Positions 7,910-17,494 of a stretch of DNA of 44,887 bases are shown piece by piece; the first letter of the stretch is position 1, and every line of letters starts with the position of its first letter. The notes under the pieces are model-generated. The model worked only from the letters and a program-made list of their open reading frames with translations. It was not told the DNA's origin and ran no database searches. Source of the DNA: a virus (Duplodnaviria > Caudoviricetes). A program made the translations under genes and the position numbers. The stretch spans positions 1-44,887 of the IMG/VR virus record IMGVR_UViG_3300049136_000121, one strand, 5' to 3'.

Positions 7910-9948
7910 CAGGTCACCGCGGCCGTAGCAGGCCCGCCAGGCGCAGAAGCCACATCACTTGCGTTGTAGGCCACCACCCACCACCAGTAGTCGTCGGCAG
8001 CGAGAGGCGTATCGGTGACCGTCATCACCTCGCTGAGCCCTCCGACGATTTCGCCCGAGATGGCGCTCGCGGTGCCAAAGTCGTTCACGGTGTTCCGGAA
8101 CAGCTTCACATAGCTCAGATTGGAAGACGACGGGTTGCGCCAGGTCAGTTCGGCTTCGCCGACGGCGCCGATTGCCGAGACTTCGCTCGGAGCGGCGGGC
8201 GCGAGTCCGGCAGTGGTCGTGTCGACCGTAGAATCGAGGGACCATCCCGAGAACCTGCCGCCGGAGTTGTACGCGATGCCGACGTCGATGAGCTCGTCTG
8301 ACGGCACCGCTCCTGTCAGCAGAGTGGACCCGCTCGGCTCTATTTCCTGCTCGACGTACGACGCTTCGCCATCGATGCGCCAGCGCACGAACCATGTCGG
8401 AGCAGTTGCAGTAATGGGGTCGAAGCTCACCGCGACTCGCGCGAATGTGCCGGACCCATCGATCTGCGCCACTGCGCTGGCGATCGTCGGAGCGGTGAGC
8501 GGCGGCAGATAGTACTTTGCAGCTGTCGGTGCCGGCTGACCGTCCTCCGTTGCGGGGCTCCAGGCATCGACGTTCTGGTCGACCGCGACCCACTCGATGA
8601 GCGCTCCGCCGGTCTCGTGATCCTTGTCGCCACCAATCACCTCGGCCCAGCCCGAGAAGAAGATCGTGCCAGCCTCTTCAATCGTGAGCTGGATGTACCG
8701 CTCAGATAGGGCCTCGCGAGCGGAGAACACCGTCTTGACCCGGCCGCGCTGCGGAGCGTTGACGCGCGCCATCTGGCGCTTGTCCAAACGGCGTGCTTGC
8801 GTATGCGACGGCACCTGGTGATCAACGGTGGTAGCGACTGTCTTGCCGCGCTCGGCAATGTCGCTTTCGTCGCGCCAGGGCTCGCACTCGACTTCGTTGT
8901 AGTCGTGATCGGCCGAGACGTAGCGGGTGATTATCTCGTTGAGGCGGTTCTCGTCCTCGACGAACTCCTGCAGTTCGTAGTCGACGATCTGGGCAGACCC
9001 GATCGTCACGGTCGGCGGGTAGAGCTTACCGGAATGCACGCGAATGCAGCCGTTCTCGTCCACCGCGCTCCACCCGTCGAAGGTGGCGCGGATCATCTCG
9101 TCAACCTGCACCGGATCCGCATCGGCGGGGAACATGATGGCGCCGCGGTACTTCGGCTCCGTCCCCCCGGCAGCGAGCGTCATTGCCACATCGCAATCAT
9201 CGGCCGCGTCGATCCAGTACTGCTCAACGGGCGCGATCTTGGTCGCGTAGTCGTTCCCCATGAAGACGGTCTTGAACCACAGATAGAGCAGCGCCGAGTT
9301 CTCGGTATAGGCCCAGGTTGAAGGGTCGTACGGGTCGCTCGCCGGATCGCGCGGATCGTGGGCAAAGCGCCCCTCCACCGCAAGTGACATCGTGACGTTG
9401 TCGCCCTGCGGATAGATGTCGAGGAAGTCTTCTGACTTTACGCCGGTCTTGATGAGGTAGCCTGAGACGACGCCGTCGCCCCGGTGGTCGTTCGTCCAGG
9501 CGGGCACTCGGCTGACCACGGGTGCGTGAGCCGTATTCGGGTTTGCACCGAGGTTGAAGCCGGCGAGCACCCGGTTGTCCCCGTAGCTCCCGTCCGTGAG
9601 CGCCTGCACATAGCCGCCGGAGATCGTAACCTTGTCGTCATTGAGCCAGACCTGGCGGACGGCATTGATCGGCCCTTCGCAGAATGCGCCGAGGTCGACT
9701 GTTTCACTGTCGCTGGTGTTGGTGAACAACATGAGGGACCAGTGCACCCGGCGAGCGCCGAGCACATGAATGCGCGGCGGCTTTGGGCTCTTGACCTCCC
9801 GTTCCGAAGCGTCGGGCTTCGGCGGCCCCCCGCGAAGCAAGCCGGAGACGAAATACGTGGCGGCCAGAGTGACCGCGTGAGCAGCTATGGTTGCGGCGAG
9901 GGTAGAAAAGCCGAGCTTCGCGAAGACCGGGATCAATGCTTGCGGCAC
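7909..9948 (-). CDS. Tail tip/hub protein (host-specificity J-like, with Fn3-like C-terminus)
   Basis: GGAGG-GTG start at 9948; DPRD, N(S)AL, QARRL motifs; beta-rich C-terminal repeats. Confidence 0.85.
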   Translation of the reverse strand: MPQALIPVFAKLGFSTLAATIAAHAVTLAATYFVSGLLRGGPPKPDASEREVKSPKPPRIHVLGARRVHWSLMLFTNTSDSETVDLGAFCEGPINAVRQVWLNDDKVTISGGYVQALTDGSYGDNRVLAGFNLGANPNTAHAPVVSRVPAWTNDHRGDGVVSGYLIKTGVKSEDFLDIYPQGDNVTMSLAVEGRFAHDPRDPASDPYDPSTWAYTENSALLYLWFKTVFMGNDYATKIAPVEQYWIDAADDCDVAMTLAAGGTEPKYRGAIMFPADADPVQVDEMIRATFDGWSAVDENGCIRVHSGKLYPPTVTIGSAQIVDYELQEFVEDENRLNEIITRYVSADHDYNEVECEPWRDESDIAERGKTVATTVDHQVPSHTQARRLDKRQMARVNAPQRGRVKTVFSAREALSERYIQLTIEEAGTIFFSGWAEVIGGDKDHETGGALIEWVAVDQNVDAWSPATEDGQPAPTAAKYYLPPLTAPTIASAVAQIDGSGTFARVAVSFDPITATAPTWFVRWRIDGEASYVEQEIEPSGSTLLTGAVPSDELIDVGIAYNSGGRFSGWSLDSTVDTTTAGLAPAAPSEVSAIGAVGEAELTWRNPSSSNLSYVKLFRNTVNDFGTASAISGEIVGGLSEVMTVTDTPLAADDYWWWVVAYNASDVASAPGGPATAAVT

Positions 9949-10331
9949 AGGGGCCTCCAAACCTTGAGCACGGTCGGCGCCGAGACCGCCGCCACGCCCC
10001 CTGCAGCTGGAACGAATGCCCAGCGTTTGCCGGTCCAGATCGCGCCGCATTCGACGATCGTCGCGTCGTTTCCAAGAAGCTCGACCACGCCGATGTCACC
10101 CGGCTCGATCGCGCTGAGCGTCACTTCCTCGGCCCGGTTAGCCGCTGCGGCATCCCACAGCGGCACCAGACCGCCCGCGGCGTGCAGCATGGCCTCCGCT
10201 TCGGCCTCGCAGCTGTACGAGGGCAGCGCGTCCGCCATATCGGCCCAGATTGCCGGGAAGGCGCAGCAGTCGTGCTCACGCCAGAGCCAGGGCTTGGTAC
10301 GCGCCGCGGAGAGATATTCGCCGAGATCCAC
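9933..10331 (-). CDS. NlpC/P60-like tail assembly protein (DUF6950-like)
   Basis: WLWREHDCC motif, PGDIGVV, position before the hub gene. Confidence 0.75.
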   Translation of the reverse strand: MDLGEYLSAARTKPWLWREHDCCAFPAIWADMADALPSYSCEAEAEAMLHAAGGLVPLWDAAAANRAEEVTLSAIEPGDIGVVELLGNDATIVECGAIWTGKRWAFVPAAGGVAAVSAPTVLKVWRPLCRKH

Positions 10332-10332
10332 G

Positions 10333-10890
10333 TCAGCGTGGTCCGAAGCGGCGCGTCACGCCGTCCGAGATCATGGCGACGTGATCACAGAAGGCATCGG
10401 TCGGGGAGCGCAGGCGCTGCGAAGCGTCGGTCCAATAGGTAAAGCGAGGGTTTGAGCGGCTCGTGTCGGCGCCGCCAACCATGAGTATGATTGAGCGAAC
10501 GCGGCCGTTGTCGCTGTACCGGCTGTCCACCCGCAGCGCGTCGGCAATGCCGAGCCACTCCCACGCAATTCCGCCAATCAGCTGCCAGTCAGGGTCGAAG
10601 GTGACGTGACCAATGCGGACCTCGGCGCCCCTGATCGTCGCCTTATCGTCGCGCGCCAGGCGGAGGGTCTCGGCGCCCACGCCGGAGAGGGTAAAGTCGA
10701 CGCGATCGGCCACGCCGTTGATCAGCGCCTTCAACCCGGGGATCCCGATGATGCCGCCGGCGCCGAGCCACGTCGCGCCTGCAGGGTCCACAGTATCGGC
10801 CGGGGTCTCCAACTGGCCGAAGCCGGTCCAGAGATAGCAAACCGGATCGCTGCCGATGCGCAGGACCCACGAGACGCGGTTAACGGCCAT
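10333..10890 (-). CDS. Minor tail protein
   Basis: Follows the tape measure; WTGFG, WTDASQR...PTDAFC pattern. Confidence 0.7.
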   Translation of the reverse strand: MAVNRVSWVLRIGSDPVCYLWTGFGQLETPADTVDPAGATWLGAGGIIGIPGLKALINGVADRVDFTLSGVGAETLRLARDDKATIRGAEVRIGHVTFDPDWQLIGGIAWEWLGIADALRVDSRYSDNGRVRSIILMVGGADTSRSNPRFTYWTDASQRLRSPTDAFCDHVAMISDGVTRRFGPR

Positions 10891-13654
10891 ATCGCTGCGC
10901 CCGCTGCACCTCCCCCGGGGCGGCCTTGAGCGTCATCTGCGACGACTTGGTAACGAGCTCCATCGTCTCCTGCCGCACCGCCGCCCGGATATGGTCCGCG
11001 AAGCCCTGCGGGTTCACGCCGCGAGCATCCACGTTCACGGTCTGGTTGATCATTGTGCCGCCAGAGCGCGCCGCTTTCATGCGTCCCAGCGGAATGATCT
11101 GTCCGCCGACGTCCGGTCTGAACCCTTCGACCTGTCCCGGAGACGCGCCTTCGTTGATCCGGTAGATCTGGCCGGCGTTGACCCTGCCGCCTGAGGCACG
11201 GCCGCCCGTGAAGATACTGCCCACTGCCGAGAACAGGCCACTGAGCAGCCCTCCTTCGCCGCCTGCGCCGCGCAGCGATTCTGCGAGAGGGCGGAAAATC
11301 GCCTCATCGAGGAAGATCGTGAGCGCGTCCTTCACGAACTGGTTCTTGGTGCCGAGGCTCGAAGCAATGCCCTCCACGAGACCATCACGCACCGCCTGCA
11401 TCTCACGCACGGCGGCTTCTTCGGCACGCTGCCGGGGGTCAGCGGTATCGTCGAGATAGCGGCCCAAGGCGCCCTGATTGCGCTTCTCCTGCCCGGTGGT
11501 CTCGGCGCTCTGCCGCTCCGCGAGGGCAGCACGCGCAGCCGCGGCGTCGGCGACTTTGCCCTCGGCGATCGCCTGCTCCAGGAGGCTCCGCTCGATCTCC
11601 TGCTGGATAGCCAAGGCGCTGTTTTCGAGGAATCGCCGCTGTTCAAGCGTATCAGCGATGTCGGCGCGGGCGCGCAGCGCGTCGGCTTCTAGCGCCATCT
11701 GGTCGTGCTGCTGACGAAGTGCCTCGCGCTGAGCGTCGGCGAGCGCCTCCTCTAGTTCCGCGGTCGCCTTCTGCTGGTAGAGGCCCGGCCCGCTGACGAC
11801 GATCTCGCCGTTCGCGCTCCGAGCGACCCCGTAGAGCCGCTCCAGAGCGGCAATCTGCGCCTTCTTCTGATCGGCCGTGAAGTCCTTGTCGTTCCGAATT
11901 TGCGCTTCGCGCTCCGCGAATTCCGCTGCGAGAAGGTCGCGCTCCAGATCGGCGCGGTCGCGAACGTCGTCGGTAAGCTGGATCTTCGCCTGCAGCTCTT
12001 CTTGATTGAGCCGCGCCAACTCCTGCGCGTGGCGCTCGGCGATCTCCGCAGCGGTCGGCCCCGTTTGCTTCGGCGTAGTTTTTGGTCTCTCAGGCTTGAC
12101 TGGAGCAGTCACGGGCGGGGTCGGCACGGACGTGATCGCGGTGTCGATCGTCTTGAGCGCCGCCTGCAGGTCCCGGACGTTCTGGATCTGAGTCTTCAGG
12201 TTAATGGCTGCCTGCCGGCGTTCCGCTTCTCCGCCTCCGCGCATCTGCGACGCGGCGATTGCGCCACCTTCGCCGCCGCCGATCGCAGCCGCAGTCGCCT
12301 CCGCCTGCATCGAGTTGTAGCGGGCCGTCGCCCGGGCGAGCTCAGCCTGCGCAAGCGCCTGCGAAGCGCGCGCGCTGGCAAGCTTCTGCTTGATGTTCTC
12401 TTGCTCGGCACGCGCCAGCGCCAGAGCCTCTTCGCGGGCCTGACCGTGTGCGGAGGCGAGCCTCTCGGCGGCCTGTGCCGCGGCTTCGGTCGCCTTCTGC
12501 GCGACCTGCTGCGTTTTCGCGTAGACGCCAGTTGCGCGCTCGGCCTGCTGGGTCTGCTGATAGGCGTAGTATATGGCCGCGCCGATCGCGAGGATCGCTA
12601 CACCAACTGAACCGCCGAAGGCGCTCAGGAGTGCAGCGCCGGCGCCGCGTGCCGCCAACGCGAGGCCGCCCATGGATGTGGCAGTTCCAGCCGCCTGAGC
12701 CGCCAGTGCAGCGGCAGCAAGGCGCGCGCGCACGGCATTGGTTACAAAGCCCACGCCGAGCCCTGTGGCCACAGCGGCAATGGCCGGGATGAGAACGTCC
12801 AGGTTGTCCGCCAACGTGGAGAGTGTAGTCCCTAGCGCGGCTGAGACGCCGTTCGCCTTGTCCGCCTCGCCGAAGTAGACTGTCAGCGCACTCGTGAGAG
12901 CCGTGAAGCCGCCCGCGAGGGTGAGAGTGGCCTTCTCTGCATCGGCGAGCGTCTGCACGCCGCCCTTGAGCACCCCCTGGAAGAACTGCTGCGAAGTGAC
13001 GTTGCCCTCGGCAATCTCAGCGCGGAGCTTGGCCACGGAGCCGCCCATGCCGTCGATTCCTCGTGCAGCAGCTTGCGCCAGGGGCAACGCGCCTTCGAGG
13101 ATTGAGTTGAACTCCTCCGCCCGAACAACGCCGGAGCCGAGGGCCTGCCCCAGCTGCAGCAGCGCACCCTGCGCCTGTGCCGCACTGGTGCCGGTCACCT
13201 TGAGCGAGGCGGCCACGATCTCGTTGAGCCGGATTATATCTCCGGTGGAGGCGCCAAGCTCCTTCTGAGCCAGGCTGGCCTTCAGGAAGACCGAGGTCAG
13301 ACCCTCGATCTCGGTGCCGTAGCGCTGCGAGATGTCCAGCAGGCTCTGCTGCACCCGGGCGAGCGCGTCGCCTTCCAGGCCGGCCACCCGCAGGTTGTTT
13401 TGCAAGCGGGTGAAGCTGTCGAGCAGACCGACCAGTTCTCGACCGGTGAAGTAGGTCGCGAGCGTGCCGGCGAGGCCCCTAAGCGAGGCGCCAATCCTCC
13501 CCGACGAGGAGGCCATCTGCCGCTCGAGCGACTTCACCCGCTTTTCCTGCAGACCGAGCTGCTGGTCGGCCGTCTGGGTCGTGCGACGCAGCTCCGAAAG
13601 GTACTTGTCGTTGTCAGCTTTGAGCTGAAGAATGACGGGGTCGATTTCAGGCAC
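10880..13654 (-). CDS. Tape measure protein
   Basis: 924 aa, Ala-rich helical; QLGQALGSGVVRAEEFNSILE tape-measure domain; RASGGRV C-terminus. Confidence 0.95.
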   Translation of the reverse strand: MPEIDPVILQLKADNDKYLSELRRTTQTADQQLGLQEKRVKSLERQMASSSGRIGASLRGLAGTLATYFTGRELVGLLDSFTRLQNNLRVAGLEGDALARVQQSLLDISQRYGTEIEGLTSVFLKASLAQKELGASTGDIIRLNEIVAASLKVTGTSAAQAQGALLQLGQALGSGVVRAEEFNSILEGALPLAQAAARGIDGMGGSVAKLRAEIAEGNVTSQQFFQGVLKGGVQTLADAEKATLTLAGGFTALTSALTVYFGEADKANGVSAALGTTLSTLADNLDVLIPAIAAVATGLGVGFVTNAVRARLAAAALAAQAAGTATSMGGLALAARGAGAALLSAFGGSVGVAILAIGAAIYYAYQQTQQAERATGVYAKTQQVAQKATEAAAQAAERLASAHGQAREEALALARAEQENIKQKLASARASQALAQAELARATARYNSMQAEATAAAIGGGEGGAIAASQMRGGGEAERRQAAINLKTQIQNVRDLQAALKTIDTAITSVPTPPVTAPVKPERPKTTPKQTGPTAAEIAERHAQELARLNQEELQAKIQLTDDVRDRADLERDLLAAEFAEREAQIRNDKDFTADQKKAQIAALERLYGVARSANGEIVVSGPGLYQQKATAELEEALADAQREALRQQHDQMALEADALRARADIADTLEQRRFLENSALAIQQEIERSLLEQAIAEGKVADAAAARAALAERQSAETTGQEKRNQGALGRYLDDTADPRQRAEEAAVREMQAVRDGLVEGIASSLGTKNQFVKDALTIFLDEAIFRPLAESLRGAGGEGGLLSGLFSAVGSIFTGGRASGGRVNAGQIYRINEGASPGQVEGFRPDVGGQIIPLGRMKAARSGGTMINQTVNVDARGVNPQGFADHIRAAVRQETMELVTKSSQMTLKAAPGEVQRAQRYGR

Positions 13655-13940
13655 CGGGCGCTCCGCTGGATCGAGGCGAAGCTACGGAGCCGCCGTGGCG
13701 CCGGTTACCGCCGTCACCCACGCCGTGCGCCTTCATGAAGCGCTTCAGGCCTTCCGATGCTTCGGCCGGCCCTTTGTCGTCACCAGCATTTGCCTCGTTG
13801 TGCGCCTCAAGCGCCTCCAGGTATGCGGAGAGGCTGAGCCAGCGCCAGTCGAGCCCCATGGCCCCGGAGTTGGCGATCAGCTGGCCTTTTCGGAAGGGCT
13901 CGCGCTCGGCGCTTCTGGCTGTGGCTCCGCTTTTTTTTTG
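13647..13940 (-). CDS. Tail assembly chaperone extension (T part of a G-T frameshift product)
   Basis: -1 frame is open from the A9 run (13931-13939) through ORF 13647..13859. Confidence 0.7.
   Translation of the reverse strand, partial: QKKSGATARSAEREPFRKGQLIANSGAMGLDWRWLSLSAYLEALEAHNEANAGDDKGPAEASEGLKRFMKAHGVGDGGNRRHGGSVASPRSSGAPGA
13704..13716 (-). promoter_or_regulatory. Late-promoter motif (-10-like CGTAGC at 13681-13686)
   Basis: Perfect copy upstream of the tape measure gene, 17-nt spacer. Confidence 0.7.
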
Positions 13941-14323
13941 AGCCGAACTCCGAAGATCGCAGCGTGAAGAATGCGCCAGGCCAGCACCACGCCCTCGGCG
14001 AGCGGCCGGGCAGGGTAAGCATACTCATCGACGAGCTGCCTGGCGCGGATCGGGCCGACCTCGATCTCTTCGCCTTCGACCATCCCGTGATCACCGCCGG
14101 CCAGGCCGAGGCGGATGGTCTCGCGCACGTCGGCGATCATCGCCGAACCGCCGCCGAGAAAAACGAACTCTTCGCCCTCCTGCCCAATTGCGCCGCGCAG
14201 GCGCTCTTCGATGGTGAGGATCGATACGTCGCCGCAAGCCCGCTCGAGCGCGACGATCTGAGGCAGCGGCAACCAGAAGCGATAGGTACCGTCGCCGAAC
14301 TCAAGCTCAACGGCAGTGTCCAT
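13877..14323 (-). CDS. Tail assembly chaperone (GTA-gp10-like, G)
   Basis: FGDGTYRFWL, ETIRLGLAGG motifs; lies between major tail and tape measure. Confidence 0.8.
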   Translation of the reverse strand: MDTAVELEFGDGTYRFWLPLPQIVALERACGDVSILTIEERLRGAIGQEGEEFVFLGGGSAMIADVRETIRLGLAGGDHGMVEGEEIEVGPIRARQLVDEYAYPARPLAEGVVLAWRILHAAIFGVRLKKKAEPQPEAPSASPSEKAS

Positions 14324-14326
14324 GGC

Positions 14327-14839
14327 TCAGGCGGCGACAGTCCGGCCGATGATCACGATGTCGTAATCGACGCCAGTCCCGGCTCCGCTGTTGGCGATGT
14401 TGAGCAGGTCGCCGGTCGCAGCGGTGACCGGCCAGCCGGCCTGCGAGACCATGGCGGCCCACTCACCCGGCTTTACCGAGATACCGTCTCCAGCAGCGAG
14501 GAAGGGCCCGGCAAAGCCGTTCGTGGCTGGGCGGCTGACGTTCACGTCGTTGGTGTTGCCGGCCGCGGCCGCGATGAAGATGGCGACGATTTCAGCAGCG
14601 GCGATCGAGGCACCGAATGCATCAGTCAGCAAGCCGGCGAGATCGAGATCCTCGCTGCCCGAGGCGGCAAGAGTACGGGTGTCGGTGAAGAGGACATTCG
14701 CCTGGTTGAAGGCGGCGGTTCCCTCGATCAGCGAGAGCGCCTTATGCACAGTGACGCGCATCTTGGGCGAACCCAGATCGCCCGCTCCGACCTGGGTCAG
14801 GTCGAGACCGAATGTGATGTTTCCGCGAACGCCAGCCAT
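14327..14839 (-). CDS. Putative virion structural/decoration protein (beta-rich)
   Basis: Own SD (TAAGGA) and ATG at 14839; small-residue beta-strand composition. Confidence 0.65.
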   Translation of the reverse strand: MAGVRGNITFGLDLTQVGAGDLGSPKMRVTVHKALSLIEGTAAFNQANVLFTDTRTLAASGSEDLDLAGLLTDAFGASIAAAEIVAIFIAAAAGNTNDVNVSRPATNGFAGPFLAAGDGISVKPGEWAAMVSQAGWPVTAATGDLLNIANSGAGTGVDYDIVIIGRTVAA

Positions 14840-14852
14840 GTCAGAGTTATCC

Positions 14853-15299
14853 TTACGCTGCGGCGGTCCAGGTCCAGACGCCGTCGGAGGCGAGGTTGAT
14901 CTCGCCCGAGCTGTCGCCATTGGCGTCGAGGCTCATGTTCGCGCTGGTGAGATTGTAGGCGCCGGCGAAGGTGCCCATGAGGTCGCCGGTGTCGGTGCCG
15001 TCGTACTTGTACAGCTCGACTTGGTAGTTCTTTACCACGCCCAGAGCTGCGTCGAAGGCGGCGATGTTGGCCTTGTCCACCCCGCCGGTCCCGGTGATAT
15101 CCATCTGCTTCGAAATCGTCTTCGACCGGCGCACCGCGGGCTGGCCGGGTTTGGCGCAGTCGCGGCGGGCCCGATCGTTGGTGTTGGCGGTGCGGTTGAT
15201 GGTGACGCCTTCGATGCCGCAGATCGCGGTGAAGACTTCGGTAGCAGCGCCGTCGCCGACCTTGATGAGGGCGAAATCGGCTTCATTCGGGACTGACAC
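14853..15299 (-). CDS. Major tail (tube) protein
   Basis: LIKVGDGA-x-x-EVF-x-x-ICG motif, ASDG C-terminus; GTA/TP901-like tube. Confidence 0.9.
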   Translation of the reverse strand: MSVPNEADFALIKVGDGAATEVFTAICGIEGVTINRTANTNDRARRDCAKPGQPAVRRSKTISKQMDITGTGGVDKANIAAFDAALGVVKNYQVELYKYDGTDTGDLMGTFAGAYNLTSANMSLDANGDSSGEINLASDGVWTWTAAA

Positions 15300-15355
15300 G
15301 GCGTTCCCCTTCGAGGTTGTGTTCGCCGTGGTTCTAAGGGTGTGCGTTCCTGGCC

Positions 15356-15368
15356 GTTACCGCCGTCA
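15356..15368 (-). promoter_or_regulatory. Late-promoter motif (-10-like CTTAGA at 15333-15338)
   Basis: Perfect copy upstream of the major tail gene, 17-nt spacer. Confidence 0.75.
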
Positions 15369-15378
15369 CGGCGGGCCG

Positions 15379-15609
15379 CTACTCGCCGTCAGCGAGGTGG
15401 ATGCCGGCACGGATTTCGTCCGGATCATCGATCGCGTTGCAGAGCGGGACCGAGCGCACCCGATCGGCCATCTCAGGAAGACCAGCCAGTTCGAGCCTGC
15501 GGATCATGCTGGCAAGGTTGGTGCTGTCGAAGAGACCGGCCTTGTGCAGCTCGGCGACCAGCACCAGCAGCGCGTCAGACGTAGGATCAGAGGGAGGCTC
15601 GGCATCCAC
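15379..15609 (-). CDS. Small hypothetical protein inserted in the tail module
   Basis: 76-aa helical ORF filling the gap between tail terminator and tube genes. Confidence 0.55.
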   Translation of the reverse strand: MDAEPPSDPTSDALLVLVAELHKAGLFDSTNLASMIRRLELAGLPEMADRVRSVPLCNAIDDPDEIRAGIHLADGE

Positions 15610-15627
15610 TCCGCCGGCATATCATCG

Positions 15628-16086
15628 CTACGCGGCCGCCGCCAGCACCCTGCAGTTGAGCTGCCCGAACCAGTGCCAGTGATCCGGCGTCTCGTCCTTG
15701 AGCAGCTGGGTGTCGGAGAACTCCAGTTTGCAGACGGCGCCGCTTTCGAGCGTGATGCGGTTATCGGCGAATGCGGTCTCGATCGCCGCGCCGATGGCGC
15801 TGACGTGGTCGTAGCCGGTTTCGGCAACTACAATCGTGCCGAACCCGTCATCCTCCTCACGCGGACCAGCGAAGGCGTGGACGTCGAAGTTGACGAGAGC
15901 GCCGCGAACGCAAGACTGGCGCAGCCGAAGCGTTCGCGGGGTCTCGATGAGCATGATCGGCCAAGACGTCTCGCCATCAGGCGCGATGGAGGCGGCCGGA
16001 ACAAGCGCGATCAGGCCGGCGTCAGCCTTTGCGCGAACCAGTAGAGCTCGTCGTGCCAGTCTCTGCAGGCTGCTTGGCGCCGCCAT
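15628..16086 (-). CDS. Tail terminator/completion protein (DUF3168-like)
   Basis: ADAGLIALV, WP, DVHAF, HW pattern and synteny. Confidence 0.75.
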   Translation of the reverse strand: MAAPSSLQRLARRALLVRAKADAGLIALVPAASIAPDGETSWPIMLIETPRTLRLRQSCVRGALVNFDVHAFAGPREEDDGFGTIVVAETGYDHVSAIGAAIETAFADNRITLESGAVCKLEFSDTQLLKDETPDHWHWFGQLNCRVLAAAA

Positions 16087-16225
16087 CGCTTTCCTTTCCG
16101 ATCACGCCTTCGGCCTCGGCCTGCTCGGCGATGGTGTTGGTGACCTCGTGGTCGCCTGCCGGGTAATTGATCGTCTTCTGCGGGGTCCGGTAGGTCCAGG
16201 CTGATTTGAGGGTAATCGTGCGCAT
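16022..16225 (-). CDS. Small hypothetical virion-module protein
   Basis: AGGAG SD; YPAG...AEQAEAEG pattern common in this position. Confidence 0.6.
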   Translation of the reverse strand: MRTITLKSAWTYRTPQKTINYPAGDHEVTNTIAEQAEAEGVIGKESDGGAKQPAETGTTSSTGSRKG

Positions 16226-16235
16226 GTTCAGTCTC

Positions 16236-16646
16236 CTAGCCGCTCTTCTTCACGAGCTTGTTCATCTGCTCCACGTATCGCGCGCGGATCTTCGGGGCCA
16301 TCTTGTCCCGGGCGGGGCGGATGTGGGGGCGGGCCGCCATCTTGGACGTGCTGAATTCCAGCGGTGCGGCGTGCCGAGCGCTGGAACGGAACTCGGCCGA
16401 GGATGGTCCGGTCTGTGCAGTCGTGAAGCCTGCCTGCAGTTCGCCGGTGTCGCGGTTGGGCGGCTCACCCGGGGTTGAGGCCACATGGCCCGCACCGCTG
16501 ATGCTGCCGGCCGAGACAAGGCGGTGCGCTTCGGCACGGATCATGTCCGCGCCTTCGTAAGCCACGGCTCCGCCGATCCTGGCGACTTCGGCGCTCGATA
16601 GCCGCTTGAGCCGGTCGATGTGCTTCTTGGCGCCGAGGAGCGGCAT
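16236..16646 (-). CDS. HK97 gp10-like tail component
   Basis: HVASTPGEPPNRDTGEL, LEFSTSKMAARPHIRPA; start at 16646. Confidence 0.85.
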   Translation of the reverse strand: MPLLGAKKHIDRLKRLSSAEVARIGGAVAYEGADMIRAEAHRLVSAGSISGAGHVASTPGEPPNRDTGELQAGFTTAQTGPSSAEFRSSARHAAPLEFSTSKMAARPHIRPARDKMAPKIRARYVEQMNKLVKKSG

Positions 16647-17023
16647 CAGCTCGCCTTCCTTCCGCGGCACTCGTACCCGATGCCTGCGGGGTCGCGCTGG
16701 CAGGACAGTAGCGTCCATGTGCCGGCATACTGGCCGGTCGCCACCTCGATCCGCGCGGCCGTGTCGAGCGCACCCGCAAGCGTGGCGGCAAGCACGAGGA
16801 TCCGGACATCCGTCTCGAGGAAGCCCTCAGCAAGGCGCATCGCCTGCGTCGCGGCATCGAACTGCGCCTTGCAGCCGAGCCTGATCGGCACGCCCGGGGA
16901 GATGATTGAGCCACCGGCGTCCTTGGTGGGCGTTCCGGGCCAAACTGCCTCGGCCGCGACGAACGGGGCGCCGAACTGCTCGGCGAAGCCCACGGCGAGA
17001 TCGGAGAAGACCTGGTCAAGCAT
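16646..17023 (-). CDS. Head-tail adaptor/closure protein
   Basis: Synteny; RDPA near the C-terminus. Confidence 0.7.
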   Translation of the reverse strand: MLDQVFSDLAVGFAEQFGAPFVAAEAVWPGTPTKDAGGSIISPGVPIRLGCKAQFDAATQAMRLAEGFLETDVRILVLAATLAGALDTAARIEVATGQYAGTWTLLSCQRDPAGIGYECRGRKAS

Positions 17024-17393
17024 CGATCACGGCCGGCGGCGTCCACGCGAGGCGAGCACCGCCGAAGATGCGGCGCATCAGCTCAAGATAGTCCCGTCCG
17101 TAGGGCGTGGCGGCAAAGCCTGTGCGGGAGGCAGCGGCGTCCGAAACGCTTGCCGAGAAGGTGCCAGACTTGAAGCTGGTCACGCCCGCGGCAACAGCGC
17201 CCTGGCCAAGACCGCTCGCGGACAGCTTGTGCGCGGCGTAGAGCATGACGGCGCGGAACCGATCGGCATCGGGCCAGGTGACCGTCTCGGCATCGCCTTC
17301 GTCAAGCCAGACCTGCACAGTGCCGTCCGCGACAGCATCAAACGCGGGATAGCGGGTGCGGAAGTCTGCGAGGGTCGGCGCGGTGTAGGCCAT
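17016..17393 (-). CDS. Head-tail connector (DUF4054-like)
   Basis: FRTRYPAF, LYAAHKL, TPYGRDY motifs; start at 17393. Confidence 0.85.
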   Translation of the reverse strand: MAYTAPTLADFRTRYPAFDAVADGTVQVWLDEGDAETVTWPDADRFRAVMLYAAHKLSASGLGQGAVAAGVTSFKSGTFSASVSDAAASRTGFAATPYGRDYLELMRRIFGGARLAWTPPAVIDA

Positions 17394-17425
17394 GGGGCGA
17401 GAGATGCGCCGGAGCAACGCTAAGC

Positions 17426-17438
17426 GTTACCGCCGTCA
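17426..17438 (-). promoter_or_regulatory. Late-promoter motif
   Basis: Perfect 13-mer directly after the terminator; -10 element less clear here. Confidence 0.7.
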
Positions 17439-17472
17439 AAGGAAAAGGGCGGCCCCGCAGGACCGCCCTTCC
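17438..17472 (-). terminator. Rho-independent terminator of the capsid operon
   Basis: AAGGGCGGTCC-TGCG-GGGCCGCCCTT followed by TTCCTTT on the - strand. Confidence 0.8.
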
Positions 17473-17494
17473 ATGCATTGCGTCTGCGCTCGCC

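Noticed and set aside
14327-14920. Possible +1 frameshift fusion of the tail tube with the downstream gene (as in SPP1 gp17.1*)
   Set aside because: The overlapping frame is open, but there is no CCC-TAA-type shift site and the downstream gene has its own SD and ATG at 14839
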